Source: an uncultured bacterium (lineage in GTDB: Bacteria; Acidobacteriota; HRBIN11; JAKEFK01). Taken from it: 64,000 nucleotides of DNA. The notes beneath the pieces were generated by a model. It searched no databases, had not been told where the DNA came from, and was given only the letters and a program-made list of their open reading frames with translations. Made by a program: the position numbers and the translations under genes. The stretch is taken from NCBI GenBank assembly GCA_963777505.1, contig CAVZQN010000005.1:81321-145320 (forward strand), given 5' to 3'. Of the stretch, positions 43,716 to 54,296 are shown piece after piece; the stretch's first letter is position 1; each line of letters starts with the position of its first letter.

Positions 43716-46015
43716 GCTTCAGTTTTCGACAAAGTCTTTCGCATTATTGGCCATGCGGCAACAAACACAATCAGCAAGAAGGATCCTGCAGTAATGATCA
43801 AACCCCATCGGAAACTTGCTGGTTTGTATTTCATTCGAACTGTGCTGGTACCGGAAGGAACAAGAATGCCGCGAAATAAATAATTTGTTCTGTAAAGATG
43901 AGCGAATACACCGTTAATCGTCGCCGTCCATCCAGGATAATATGTGTCGCTAACAACTAAAAATGCGGGATGGGCTGTTTCCGCTTGGATCTCCATTAGG
44001 CCTTTGTCGATTTTTACGATTCGAACCTTTGCTTCCGGATCTTCTTCAGCCTCAAATGTAAAGTCTTCTTCAACCAGAGCGATATCCTCAGGCCTATATC
44101 TCGTTCCATGCAGAACCGAGTTATGTATAGCGTTCCGCACTTCCAGGGGTGTTGCTTGCATCACTTTCGAGACAAGCCATACCCGCGGCATCGCGCGCCG
44201 GTTCTCAAGAATGACCGAGCTTCCGAATTGACGCACGAGCTCCCAGCGTTTGCTAGATGTAACATTAGGAGCAACTCCGTTCTCTTCCTCAGGCTCATTA
44301 TTTGCTGATAGATAACGTATTGCCATGAGATCAAGACTTCTATTTGCCGAGGCCATCCAGTTTCCCCGCAGATTCCCTTCTGCAGGCATGGAAAATAACT
44401 CATTGGTTCGTTTCAAAATAAGCGATCCATAACCGCCACCGCTGGGGATGGACCATAAACGTGTGAGATTTGGCCTTCCTTCTTCGATATCGGACCATAC
44501 ACCACGCACAGGCAAAAAACGCTGATGGGTTTTTTCTAGCTTTTCTGGCAGATCCTTCAATGGTTGCGGCAAGCGCAGTACTGTTTTTTCAGGCACTAAC
44601 TTCCAGTCACTATAGAATCCAAGGCTAGCAAGATCGAAAATTAAAGTGCCCAGAAGGATTGATGCGCGAAATGTGGATGGATTGCGAACATAGAAAAAGA
44701 GAACAAAGGCACCCATACAAAAAAGTAAGATTGGAATCGTGATCGCTAGATTGGCCCAGGGAGCAAGGGTGAGGTTTGTCACGCCTTTTTGTAAGGCCAT
44801 GTTTTCAATTTTATGTGAATTCAACCAGACGCCCGCACCGGCAACAACAAAAATAAATCCTCCTGAAATTACAGACCATTGAACCGATTTTTGTGTGGTA
44901 TGTCTTTGATGGATTGCAGCAGCACCGAATCCAGCAAGAAAACTCATTGCCAATGTCATTTCAAAAAAATGTCTGGCTGGCACGCGAAAATTTTGTAATC
45001 CAGGAATAGAAAAGAGCAAGCGACCTAAAGGAAACGTATCACTTAGAGTTAGCAACAGAGCAATGATCAATATGATCACCCAGAACCATATGAGACGCTT
45101 TTCCTTGTAACGCTGCATTCCGACAAAACTCAAGAGTATCGTAACCAGACCGAGATAACCTGTCTTCTCCGTAAAGTTCCTCGGTCCGAAGTAAGAATAG
45201 TAAAGACTGGGATCCGGCGTACCGAAAAGCGCTGGAAAAATAAATGTCGTTAAGCTTAAAGGTTTCAACGAAAGTGTCAGAAAAAAACGGAGGTCTGGTT
45301 TTTCACGTATGCTCTGCGAAACGAGTTCAAAAAGTGGAAGCATTTGGATCGCTGTTAATGCCGCTCCGGCTATGAACATTCCGGCGCATGTTGTAAAAAA
45401 ACGGATGCGATGATTGGACGTTGATAACCCCAGAGTCAATGCATAAAAGCCAGCAACAATCAAACCATACGCTGGAATTTGCGGATGGCCTGAAAGGAGA
45501 CTGAAAGCAATCGCGCCTGATCCAATCACAAACCACGTTCCGCTACTTTCAATTTTCAATTTTTCAATTGCAAGAAGAACCAGGGGGATCCATGCCATTC
45601 CATGAAGGATTACCGTGTGGCAAAAATGAGCCATAGCGAATCCGGACATTCCGGCTACAATTCCAGAAACCGCCGCACCCACCCAGGATTTTGTCAAGAA
45701 ATAAACATATGCGTACGAAAAGCAGCTCAGGAGTACATAGCCACTGATAACAAAACCATTCCAGAACCGGAATATGGAAAACAACCGTGCAATTGGATAC
45801 CAGGAGGCATTCTGTAAATCCGCGGCTACAGGAAATCCTCCCTGTAAATCTGGCTCCCATAAGGAGACTGGACTCAAGAAGCTGGGAAGATAAAGAGCAA
45901 GTGAATCAAGAATCGCAAGAATGCGGCCTGAAAATAAAACAGGTGAAAAGAACAGGCAATAAAGCAAAATGTAAAACGAAACAACAATTGCCGAATGATT
46001 CAACTGTTTGTTCAT
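43694..46015 (-). CDS. YfhO-family membrane protein (GT-C)
   Basis: LWEP....GFP..AD.Q..WYP, LSGHPQ, FRVPARH and SDTYYPGWTATING...NYLFRGI.VP.G. Confidence 0.88.
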   Translation of the reverse strand: MNKQLNHSAIVVSFYILLYCLFFSPVLFSGRILAILDSLALYLPSFLSPVSLWEPDLQGGFPVAADLQNASWYPIARLFSIFRFWNGFVISGYVLLSCFSYAYVYFLTKSWVGAAVSGIVAGMSGFAMAHFCHTVILHGMAWIPLVLLAIEKLKIESSGTWFVIGSGAIAFSLLSGHPQIPAYGLIVAGFYALTLGLSTSNHRIRFFTTCAGMFIAGAALTAIQMLPLFELVSQSIREKPDLRFFLTLSLKPLSLTTFIFPALFGTPDPSLYYSYFGPRNFTEKTGYLGLVTILLSFVGMQRYKEKRLIWFWVIILIIALLLTLSDTFPLGRLLFSIPGLQNFRVPARHFFEMTLAMSFLAGFGAAAIHQRHTTQKSVQWSVISGGFIFVVAGAGVWLNSHKIENMALQKGVTNLTLAPWANLAITIPILLFCMGAFVLFFYVRNPSTFRASILLGTLIFDLASLGFYSDWKLVPEKTVLRLPQPLKDLPEKLEKTHQRFLPVRGVWSDIEEGRPNLTRLWSIPSGGGYGSLILKRTNELFSMPAEGNLRGNWMASANRSLDLMAIRYLSANNEPEEENGVAPNVTSSKRWELVRQFGSSVILENRRAMPRVWLVSKVMQATPLEVRNAIHNSVLHGTRYRPEDIALVEEDFTFEAEEDPEAKVRIVKIDKGLMEIQAETAHPAFLVVSDTYYPGWTATINGVFAHLYRTNYLFRGILVPSGTSTVRMKYKPASFRWGLIITAGSFLLIVFVAAWPIMRKTLSKTEAQKRAGR

Positions 46016-46107
46016 CGAAATAACAGCAGGATGTAATTTCAGTTATTCGTAATATCTTACACTGCCTTAGCGTCTAATGCAGAAGCGTTGCGGTATCATG
46101 TTAGGCA

Positions 46108-47772
46108 ATGACAACCGGGCGTGTCCGTGTCTGCTACATAATTTTGTTCGCCCTTCTTCTTTATTCGCTCGCGATCCGGATTCATTTAACATCGAACCGG
46201 CGTTTCAATGCGGATGAATTTCAGCATCTGCATGCCGCATGGATGGTACATTCAGGATATCTTCCCTATCGTGATTTTTGGGATAACCATACTCCATTGC
46301 TGCACTATTTTCTTGCTTCAAGTTTTCCCTTTTTTGAAGAAGGAATTCCTTTAATGATGATAGTCAGAGGAATTATGTCTACTGTAGGACTGCTCATCAT
46401 TTGGTTGACGTATCGAATAGCACGACTCGATCATGACCGGTTTACTTCATTGCTTTGCGCACTCGTTTTGAGTTTTTCAGTTCTTTTTATCCAAAAAACG
46501 ATTGAAATTCGGCCGGATCAATTTCTTGTTATCTTATGGTTAGCCAGTTTCTGGATTTGCCTCCGCTCCTTCCGTTTAAGAAAAAACGGAATCCATTTGA
46601 TTGCCGCCGGAGCGTTGCTGGGAATGGGCATGCTGTTTACACCAAAAGCCCTTTTATGCTTTGCAGCTGTTACGTTGACCTTCATCGCAAATTCTATTTT
46701 AAGAACCAGATCACCCGAATCTAAAGGGGACAGTAAACTTAGAGTGATCCGTGACTGCCTGTGTTACACACTCGGATTTCTTGTTCCTATTGCGGCATGC
46801 GCTCTTTTTTTCTTGCAAAACAAATCGCTAGGCATGCTCATTGACTCTACGATTCTTGATAATTTGGATTACCCGAATCTTCGTCGTCCGACATATTTGC
46901 TGTCCCTTCAGCACATCGTCTTATTTCTGATCGCATTTGCGGGAATGATCGTATGCTTGCTGGAGCGAAACATCCATCGTTCCATATACCGCAGCCGCTT
47001 CCTGATTGGTGTTGCATGTACAATTCTGATGATTTATTTCCTGTTTTTCATGCCTGCACCTTTCCAGCAGAGTGCTTTGATTTTCGTACCATTCCTGGCT
47101 ATTTTCGGCGGAATAGCACTTAAGAAATCGCTCGAGCCCGTTATTGTTGCCGAACGTGTCTTTACCTGGAAGCAAAAATCGTTTCTTGCTTTTACATTGT
47201 TGACTGCTGTCCTGATTCCCTGTGGAAGTCTGTTTGTAAAGCAACCTACAACAGGATCAAATGCGGGACAATTAAACCTGATGCGTACAGTCTTGAATCT
47301 CACCACTCAACATGAACATATCTTTGATGGCAACGCTGCTTATGTTTTCAGACCGCAGGCATACTACTACGGTTCACTGGTTGAAGGAATTAGAGAACAA
47401 ATGGAAAGAGGTGAAATCACAATCAGCATTCCACAAAGCCTAAAGGAGCGTCACTGCAAATTTATTATTTATGATGATCGTGTATCCCGCTTGCCAACAA
47501 ACGTTCAGGAATTCATTAGAAGTAACTACATCCCGACGCAGTTCCCTGAAATTCTTGTTGCAGGTCGAGAGCTTCGTGCGGACAGTTTTTCCGGGCGCAG
47601 AGCCAGATTCTGGATTGAAATAGCACTTAAGTACAGCATTCAAACCTTGAACAACGAACGGTTCGTGGTAGATGGAAAACCTTACACTTCTCCGGTTTTT
47701 CTAACAACTGGTTTTCATGAATTAGTTGGTGATCAGGATTTGCATTACGTTATCCTGCGTGCAAGCAATTAA
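46108..47772 (+). CDS. GT-C fold (ArnT/PMT_2-like) membrane glycosyltransferase
   Basis: DEFQHLHAAW, LPYRDFWDNHTPL, EIRPD and FTPKA motifs. Confidence 0.8.
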   Translation: MTTGRVRVCYIILFALLLYSLAIRIHLTSNRRFNADEFQHLHAAWMVHSGYLPYRDFWDNHTPLLHYFLASSFPFFEEGIPLMMIVRGIMSTVGLLIIWLTYRIARLDHDRFTSLLCALVLSFSVLFIQKTIEIRPDQFLVILWLASFWICLRSFRLRKNGIHLIAAGALLGMGMLFTPKALLCFAAVTLTFIANSILRTRSPESKGDSKLRVIRDCLCYTLGFLVPIAACALFFLQNKSLGMLIDSTILDNLDYPNLRRPTYLLSLQHIVLFLIAFAGMIVCLLERNIHRSIYRSRFLIGVACTILMIYFLFFMPAPFQQSALIFVPFLAIFGGIALKKSLEPVIVAERVFTWKQKSFLAFTLLTAVLIPCGSLFVKQPTTGSNAGQLNLMRTVLNLTTQHEHIFDGNAAYVFRPQAYYYGSLVEGIREQMERGEITISIPQSLKERHCKFIIYDDRVSRLPTNVQEFIRSNYIPTQFPEILVAGRELRADSFSGRRARFWIEIALKYSIQTLNNERFVVDGKPYTSPVFLTTGFHELVGDQDLHYVILRASN

Positions 47773-47838
47773 TTCCTGGCGAAGTTGTGGTTGAGGTAAG
47801 GAGGATATTTATGAGAAATACCCTCCCGGTAAATACAA

Positions 47839-48264
47839 TTACTTTTGTGCTTCTGCGACAAGATCGGCTGCAGAGACTGGCCCCATCGTAAAAGTGTCAG
47901 TGTGATGGCTTATGAACTGTCGGAATTCCAATGATGACTTGAATCCTATTGATAATCCCTTCTTCTTTGATAATTCATCCACTTTAGCGTTTTGCTCATC
48001 AGTTAATACTGGTCCAATTGCAACGTAATCCCATGCATCTCCGTTTGTGTGGACGTACCATTGTGTTGCCGCTATTCCTGCTTCTTTACGAACAGCTTCT
48101 TGTGCTGCTTGCCAACGTAGAAATTCAAGATGTCTTCCAGGTGCAACCAGATAAGTGCTGACGATTGCTTCTGGAGGTTTTTTGTCTCCACTCATTTGCG
48201 CCAGTAATGGCAAAACAGCCGGAATTAATAACAACAGCGTTAATAAAATGAACTTTTTTCTCAT
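47839..48264 (-). CDS. Secreted hypothetical protein (dimeric alpha/beta-barrel-like)
   Basis: Signal peptide; Y.VAPG.H.EFL and H..GD.WDY; RBS GGAG. Confidence 0.7.
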   Translation of the reverse strand: MRKKFILLTLLLLIPAVLPLLAQMSGDKKPPEAIVSTYLVAPGRHLEFLRWQAAQEAVRKEAGIAATQWYVHTNGDAWDYVAIGPVLTDEQNAKVDELSKKKGLSIGFKSSLEFRQFISHHTDTFTMGPVSAADLVAEAQK

Positions 48265-48510
48265 GCTTTCTCCCTGGGTTGAGCGCGACGAGTTTCAGAC
48301 GCAGCGCGAGTTTGTTTTGTAGGTTTGAATAGATTAGAGCCGACGGCCATGTATTCTATGATGCAAAGGTTATCGAGTCAACGATTCAATTACAATAAAG
48401 TTTGTCCGCGTTTCCATCTTTACTAACCCAACCACCAGGTAGCCAATATTTTCATTTCTTATTTTAGGGTGGTTTCTGTCCGTTTGTGCGTTACTTACTG
48501 GAGGTTGAAT

Positions 48511-49353
48511 ATGACTTTTATTCGACGGATATTAGATCCTACAATCATTGCAACGAATCAAGAGCCGCCAGCCGAAGTGACACCACAATCACAGCCTAAA
48601 CCAGAAACCAGCTTTGGAATTGCGTCCAGTTCAGATCTATTTGTGACATCTTTACCAAGCAGTTTCGAATTTTTGGAACAGCCACCTCAAAGCGTTGCTT
48701 TGACCGAGCCCTCTATAACTTCAGAAATGACTGTAGATGCTTCTTCCATTTTTACCCAGGTCGAAACCGCCCCAATGGTATTAGATCAGGCTTTACAGGA
48801 TCTATTGGACCGGTTGAAGCCACTAAAGGAAAAAAGGCAAGAACTCATAACGCAAATCAGTGAAGCACATGAGAAGATTCTGCAGGCCCACGAAGCTCTG
48901 AGCAAAGTGTCGGAAGCGCTTGATTCCGACAAGCCGATTCCTGATGAAGTTCAAGCTGTCCTGGGACAATTGGGTATTTTGGGAATTATTGGAGGACTTC
49001 CTGCAATTCCGATTGTGGGTGGAATCTTGGGTATGCTCGGCTTGTCTGAGGATTACAAGAAGAAAATGCGGAATGCTATTGATGAGATGCATCGCCAGAT
49101 TGGAGATTTGAACTTGAATCTGCACCATTTGCAGGAAGAGCTCGAGGGTGTGAATAGTGAAATTGAATCAGTAACAAATGAAATAACAGACAAGCAGAGA
49201 TCTTTTCAGACTGATTCGGATTTTACAAACGGAATGGTTGCGGAGCCAATGCTTCAACAATTGAACGTCGATCAAAACCTGATTCAGGAAGAAAACAATC
49301 CATTTGCGGTTTTGTTCAAACCGATGGTTCAAATGAAAGATGATGAATCATGA
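48511..49353 (+). CDS. Hypothetical coiled-coil protein with a central Gly-rich hydrophobic segment
   Basis: RBS GGAGG; two coiled coils flank VLGQLGILGIIGGLPAIPIVGGILGMLGL. Confidence 0.75.
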   Translation: MTFIRRILDPTIIATNQEPPAEVTPQSQPKPETSFGIASSSDLFVTSLPSSFEFLEQPPQSVALTEPSITSEMTVDASSIFTQVETAPMVLDQALQDLLDRLKPLKEKRQELITQISEAHEKILQAHEALSKVSEALDSDKPIPDEVQAVLGQLGILGIIGGLPAIPIVGGILGMLGLSEDYKKKMRNAIDEMHRQIGDLNLNLHHLQEELEGVNSEIESVTNEITDKQRSFQTDSDFTNGMVAEPMLQQLNVDQNLIQEENNPFAVLFKPMVQMKDDES

Positions 49354-51426
49354 TCATTGAAAATCGCGAGGGATTGTATCGTTCCAGGTTTTCTCGCGTA
49401 TCAATTTTCCATCTTGTAAGAGGCGGCGCGTGTAAGTGTAATAAAAGTTTTTGAGATCACTGCGAAAAAGTGCATCTGCTTCCCAGGTCAAAGTTCTGTC
49501 CTTCAACTCGACTATGTACTTAAAGTTGCCCTTCATCGATGTATTTTCCGGATGTTCATCGTTCGTTTCGTGTGTATATGTTTCCTCTTCCCGTTGAGTG
49601 CCCCATGGATATTGATACCCGGCTGAATTAATAGAGGTTGCCTTTGTAGTTTTTTTCGCGGTATCTTTTTCAATCCTGGAGATTTCTCCATAACCGGACG
49701 GGTTTGACGGATCCAGGGTCTTAAAGCCTGGAAGTTTAAGGTCTACTGCAGGTTTTTGTAGGGGAGGGTCTAAGACCCGCCCGGATCTTGCCGGCACGAC
49801 CGGAAGTAAAATCTTCGAATCCTTTCCTATATATAGTGATGTGGTAACCGGATATGGGCTGGGCCAAAACATCGGCCATTGGGAATTGTTGATCGATAGC
49901 CGGATCCGGTGACCTTTCGCAAAAATCCACGACGTAAAATGTAGTTCAATTTCAAGCGGGAACACCTCGCCCGGCTTCAGTGCTTTCGGATCTCTTGCCG
50001 ATTCGCGATGAGTGCCATTGAATCCTGCACCTGCCACCTGCGTGACGGAACCATCCGGAGCAACATCGGAAATTCGTACAAACCAGTTTGCATGTGGAGC
50101 ATCAGCTGAGACTCTTAATATCGCTTTAGGCAATCCTAAAATTTCGATATCTTCTTTCAAAATAGTTGTGTCATAAACCAGACTGAAGGCATCAGTTGGA
50201 CGCTGATCCGGCGCAACATCTCCCCACCACAATACCGGACCACTGGCTTCAATTCCTGCACTCGGAGTATTTCGCAGGCTATGCGTTTCATCGGATGGAG
50301 TCGACTTCGATAAAGTTTGATCAGGCTGCGGATAAAAAGCTTGATCACTTATCCGATCGATTGGCCAGCCATCCTCCCAATACCATTCGCCGGGTGCTTC
50401 ATCCAATTCAGGTCCTGGCGGATGCCAACGTCTTACATATACTGCGAACTTGGGTTCATTCAGAATTCCAGTATCTTTGCCGCGAAGCCAGTGATCAAAC
50501 CACCGCACTGCTTCGTGTCTCCATTCAATTTGAGGTTTTGTATATGCATCGTGCGGATAGGTATGCGACCACGGTCCGATTATCGCTTTGACTGGAGCTT
50601 TCATATGTTGAAGCATACGCGGAATGCTGTCGCGATAACCGTCATACCAACCGCCAATCATAAATGTTGGAACTCGAATCGAATCGTAACGCGTCTTTAA
50701 TGCAGTACGATCCCAAAACGGACCATCCCGTTGCTGGCGTTTAAAGGTCATCATCCATGGCTGTGTGTCAAAGCGGTTGCGAAAATACTCTTCATCGATT
50801 TTGTAATCCGGCGCGCCAGGACGTGCATTATCAAGATCCTGGCTGAACTCCCATCCATCCAGATGCATGATTCCATCCATGAAGTGCACATCGTCTTGAT
50901 ACAAATCATCTGTTGCATCGACAGCAATAATTGCTTTCAAAGCCGGTGGATTGCGCATCGCCATATGAATCGAATTAAACCCACCCCATGAAATTCCGAA
51001 CATCCCCACATTTCCGTTTGACCATTCTTGCTTTGACAGCCAATCGATCACAGCTTCGCCGTCTTCTTGTTCTTGATCTGTATATTCATACTCAATCAGA
51101 CGGCCTTCACTATTGCCTGTGCCGCGGATATCTACTTTTGCGAGAACATATCCTCTTTGAACGAAATACGAATAATGCGAATAGTCATAGCCTCTGTATT
51201 CCGTTTTGCGGTAGGGCAAATATTCCAACACAACCGGAAATTTTTCACCGTCTGCGGCTCCGGAAGGCATGTACAGGTCTGCGGCCAATCGGATTCCGTC
51301 CGGCATCGGAATCGTGACTTCCTTCATTTCAATTCCATACTTCGGAGCGGAAGGGGATTCAGCTGCAAATAGTGCGGTGATTTGAATGAGAAGGAACAAC
51401 AAAGTTAGCTTCAGTTTCATCATCAT
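49354..51426 (-). CDS. CocE/NonD family hydrolase (peptidase S15)
   Basis: MPDGIRLAADLY, YLPYRK, DIRGTGNSEG, GISWGG nucleophile elbow, GWYD and GPWSH. Confidence 0.93.
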   Translation of the reverse strand: MMMKLKLTLLFLLIQITALFAAESPSAPKYGIEMKEVTIPMPDGIRLAADLYMPSGAADGEKFPVVLEYLPYRKTEYRGYDYSHYSYFVQRGYVLAKVDIRGTGNSEGRLIEYEYTDQEQEDGEAVIDWLSKQEWSNGNVGMFGISWGGFNSIHMAMRNPPALKAIIAVDATDDLYQDDVHFMDGIMHLDGWEFSQDLDNARPGAPDYKIDEEYFRNRFDTQPWMMTFKRQQRDGPFWDRTALKTRYDSIRVPTFMIGGWYDGYRDSIPRMLQHMKAPVKAIIGPWSHTYPHDAYTKPQIEWRHEAVRWFDHWLRGKDTGILNEPKFAVYVRRWHPPGPELDEAPGEWYWEDGWPIDRISDQAFYPQPDQTLSKSTPSDETHSLRNTPSAGIEASGPVLWWGDVAPDQRPTDAFSLVYDTTILKEDIEILGLPKAILRVSADAPHANWFVRISDVAPDGSVTQVAGAGFNGTHRESARDPKALKPGEVFPLEIELHFTSWIFAKGHRIRLSINNSQWPMFWPSPYPVTTSLYIGKDSKILLPVVPARSGRVLDPPLQKPAVDLKLPGFKTLDPSNPSGYGEISRIEKDTAKKTTKATSINSAGYQYPWGTQREEETYTHETNDEHPENTSMKGNFKYIVELKDRTLTWEADALFRSDLKNFYYTYTRRLLQDGKLIREKTWNDTIPRDFQ
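49758..49782 (+). repeat. GTAG-type REP-like palindrome inside the CocE gene
   Basis: GTAG GGGAGGGTCT A AGACCCGCCC; related to the copies at 53073 and 54077. Confidence 0.65.
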
Positions 51427-51500
51427 TTATGAATGTTAATTCTACTGTGTTCTATAATGATCAGGAAATAGAACTGCAGCTCTGCGGGCTATCTTTTTTT

Positions 51501-53076
51501 ATGTCCATCGCGATCAAGCAGCCATGTGATGAAGGAATCATTCGTTCCAGTACGGCTACCTCTCCGTGCAAGAAATCTGCTGAACCCTGGATCATGGCGG
51601 CCACTATTCTCGGTTCCAGCATGGCATTCATCGATGGAACTGTTGTCAACGTTGCTTTACCGGCTTTGCAAACGAATCTGAATGCCACAGTTGTTGATGT
51701 GCAATGGGTCGTTGAAGCGTACTCACTTTTCCTTTGCGCTTTGATATTAGTTGGTGGATCTTTAGGAGATCGATTCGGAAGAAAATTGATTTTTGCAATT
51801 GGTGTTGCCATCTTTGGATTCGCTTCAGTTTGGTGCGGCTTATCAAGGAGCGTCACTGAATTAATCTTTGCTAGAAGCGCGCAGGGAATTGGTGGTGCGT
51901 TGCTTGTACCGGGAAGTCTTGCCATCATCGGTGCATCTTTTAATGAGGGAAAGCGGGGAAGGGCATTTGGAATGTGGTCAGGCTATACATCGATTACGAC
52001 AGCCATTGGACCTGTTCTCGGCGGATGGCTGGTTGAACATATATCCTGGCATGCAGTATTTTTCATCAACATTCCTATTGCTGTAGCCGTCTTGTTTATT
52101 GTTTTCTGGCGTGTACCTGAAAGCCGCGACGAAGATGAAGCAGCGCGATTAGATTGGTGGGGCGCATCTCTCGCAACACTCGGGCTGGGATTGCTCGTCT
52201 ACGGATTGATCGAGTCCTCCCGCCTTGGTTTCAATCATTTAGTCTTGATCTGTATTGCCCTTGGAATCGCGATCCTTGCAGCCTTTCTGTTTGTTGAGAG
52301 TCGAATTCAGCATCCGATGCTTCCTCTAACTGTATTCCGCTCAAAAATTTTTAGTGGTGTTAATCTAATGACATTTTTCTTATACGTTGCGCTGAATGGT
52401 GCACTCTTTTTCTTTCCATTGAATCTGATTCAAATCCAGGGTTATTCACCAACTGCAGCTGGGATGGCTTTTCTTCCGTTCATCCTCATTATGTTCTTAC
52501 TGTCTCGTTGGTCAGGAGGACTTGTTCAGCGGTATGGCGCAAGACTTCCGTTAACGATTGGTCCGATAATCGCGGCAGTAGCTTTTACGCTCTTTGCGGT
52601 TCCGGAATTCAGCAAGAATTTCTGGACCAGTTTTTTTCCTGCAGTCGTTTTGCTGGGTTTTGGGATGGCAATTAGTGTGGCGCCACTAACAACAACGGTC
52701 ATGAATTCGGTTCCACAGAATCACTCAGGAGTCGCATCAGGAATTAGTAATGCGGTCGCACGTACGGCAGGACTGCTTGCAATCGCGATTTTCGGGATCA
52801 TCATGCTCCGCTATTTCAATCATTCGCTGAACGAATACTTAACGAATAGTGGCATCAATCCTGTTATTGTTGCTGACGACCAACGTGTAAGCCTTGCTGC
52901 AATGAAGTTGCCGCCGAATATTCCGCAAGAAACACAAACAGAGCTTCAACATGCAATAAAATATTTCTTTTGTTTCTGCTTATCGATTCGTCATGTTTTT
53001 GGCCGCTGGTCTGGCTATTACAAGCGCCTTATGCTCATTCCTGTTGATCAAAGATAAAAACGCTAAGAGCCGGTAG
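51501..53076 (+). CDS. DHA2 (14-TM) MFS efflux transporter; apparent extra T near 52962
   Basis: FIDGTVVNVALP, GDRFGRK, LDWWG and GVASGISNA. The final TM (SFVSAYRFVMFLAAGLAITSALCSFLLI) lies in the shifted frame and ends at 53076. Confidence 0.88.
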
Positions 53077-53095
53077 GGGCGGGCCTTGTGACCGC
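53073..53095 (+). repeat. GTAG-type REP-like element
   Basis: GTAGGGGCGGGCCTTGTGACCGC. Confidence 0.6.
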
Positions 53096-53179
53096 TTGTT
53101 TGGAATACCGCTCTAACTTTGAGGACCCTCGCAGCATCAACCTCTTGCGAAATTCGCGGTCTAATACCAAGAGGGCCAC

Positions 53180-54076
53180 ATGCAATCAAATGTTCTGCGT
53201 TTTTGTCTTCTGTTTGCTTTGGCTGTGTCATCGGCAGCTAGCAGTCAAACAACATCTCAAAACATTCAAACTAAAGAATTGACCAGCAAGGTATTTAACA
53301 ACACGAGAACTATTCGAATTTTAATTCCGCCTGACTATCAGGACCCTGCAAAGTCTACAGAAAAGTATCCGGCGTTGTATTTAAATGACGGATGGATGGT
53401 CTTCGACAACAACGAGAATGGAATCCGGATTGAAGAAATATTCCGTGATCTGTATGCTCAAAAAAAGATTCCGCCGTATCTTGTGATAGGAATTGATAAC
53501 GGAGCATCAACGGACAAAACACAAGATGAAATCCGTGACCGCGCCAATGAATTTTTACCGTATCCTGATGCCGGATTCTCACCAGGACATACATATGAGC
53601 CGGTCCCACCTTCACCGCAGGGAAAACTGTACCCAAAATTTCTAATTGAAGAGGTAATGCCATTTATCAATCGCAGCTACCGCACGAAGACGGGGCCGAA
53701 AAATACAGCGATTGGCGGTTTCTCCTATGGAGGCGTAAGCGCGCTCTACACGGTGATTGCTCACCCAAACGTATTCGGAAAGCTTCTTCTGGAAAGCACT
53801 CCTTTATATATAGGACATCATGAGGAACTAATGCAGGATGCAGAAAAGGCAACGGTTTGGCCTCGCGCTGTATATATAGGAAGTGGAACAAAAGAGTCGG
53901 ATGAGGAAGCCTTTAATGAAAAGGGCCGGACGAATCAGATTCGCCTCATTGAAATCATCAAAAGTCACTCGCCCCAATCCCGATTGAAGCTTTATCGGGA
54001 GGAAGGAGCCACTCATGACACCACTGCATGGCGAAATCGTCTGCCTGGCGCTCTCACATTCCTGCTTTCCGAATGA
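53180..54076 (+). CDS. Putative esterase (alpha/beta hydrolase, IroE/Fes-like) with signal peptide
   Basis: RTIRILIPPDY, YP.LYLNDG, IGGFSYGG and H...AW..RLP.AL motifs. Confidence 0.88.
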   Translation: MQSNVLRFCLLFALAVSSAASSQTTSQNIQTKELTSKVFNNTRTIRILIPPDYQDPAKSTEKYPALYLNDGWMVFDNNENGIRIEEIFRDLYAQKKIPPYLVIGIDNGASTDKTQDEIRDRANEFLPYPDAGFSPGHTYEPVPPSPQGKLYPKFLIEEVMPFINRSYRTKTGPKNTAIGGFSYGGVSALYTVIAHPNVFGKLLLESTPLYIGHHEELMQDAEKATVWPRAVYIGSGTKESDEEAFNEKGRTNQIRLIEIIKSHSPQSRLKLYREEGATHDTTAWRNRLPGALTFLLSE

Positions 54077-54101
54077 GTAGGGGCAGCTTTAGTGACCGCC
54101 C
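54077..54101 (+). repeat. GTAG-type REP-like element
   Basis: GTAGGGGCAGCTTTAGTGACCGCCC. Confidence 0.6.
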
Positions 54102-54247
54102 ATCTTGATATACAAACTATTTGAAACTTTCGTGCTCTCCGTGACTCTGTGGTAAATCTTCAGTGTTTTTGGTCATTTTGCAAAATAACTTTTGCATTTT
54201 GGCCAAAATCGCGTTTGGGTTGTAGAACTTCACGAGAATGTTCAGTC

Positions 54248-54263
54248 TGGCATAACCATTGCA
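54248..54263 (+). promoter_or_regulatory. sigma54 (-24/-12) promoter
   Basis: TGGCATAACCATTGCA, followed by RBS AAAGGAGG and the ATG at 54297. Confidence 0.75.
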
Positions 54264-54296
54264 ATGACTATTGGCGTGCCCAAAGGAGGGTGTTGT

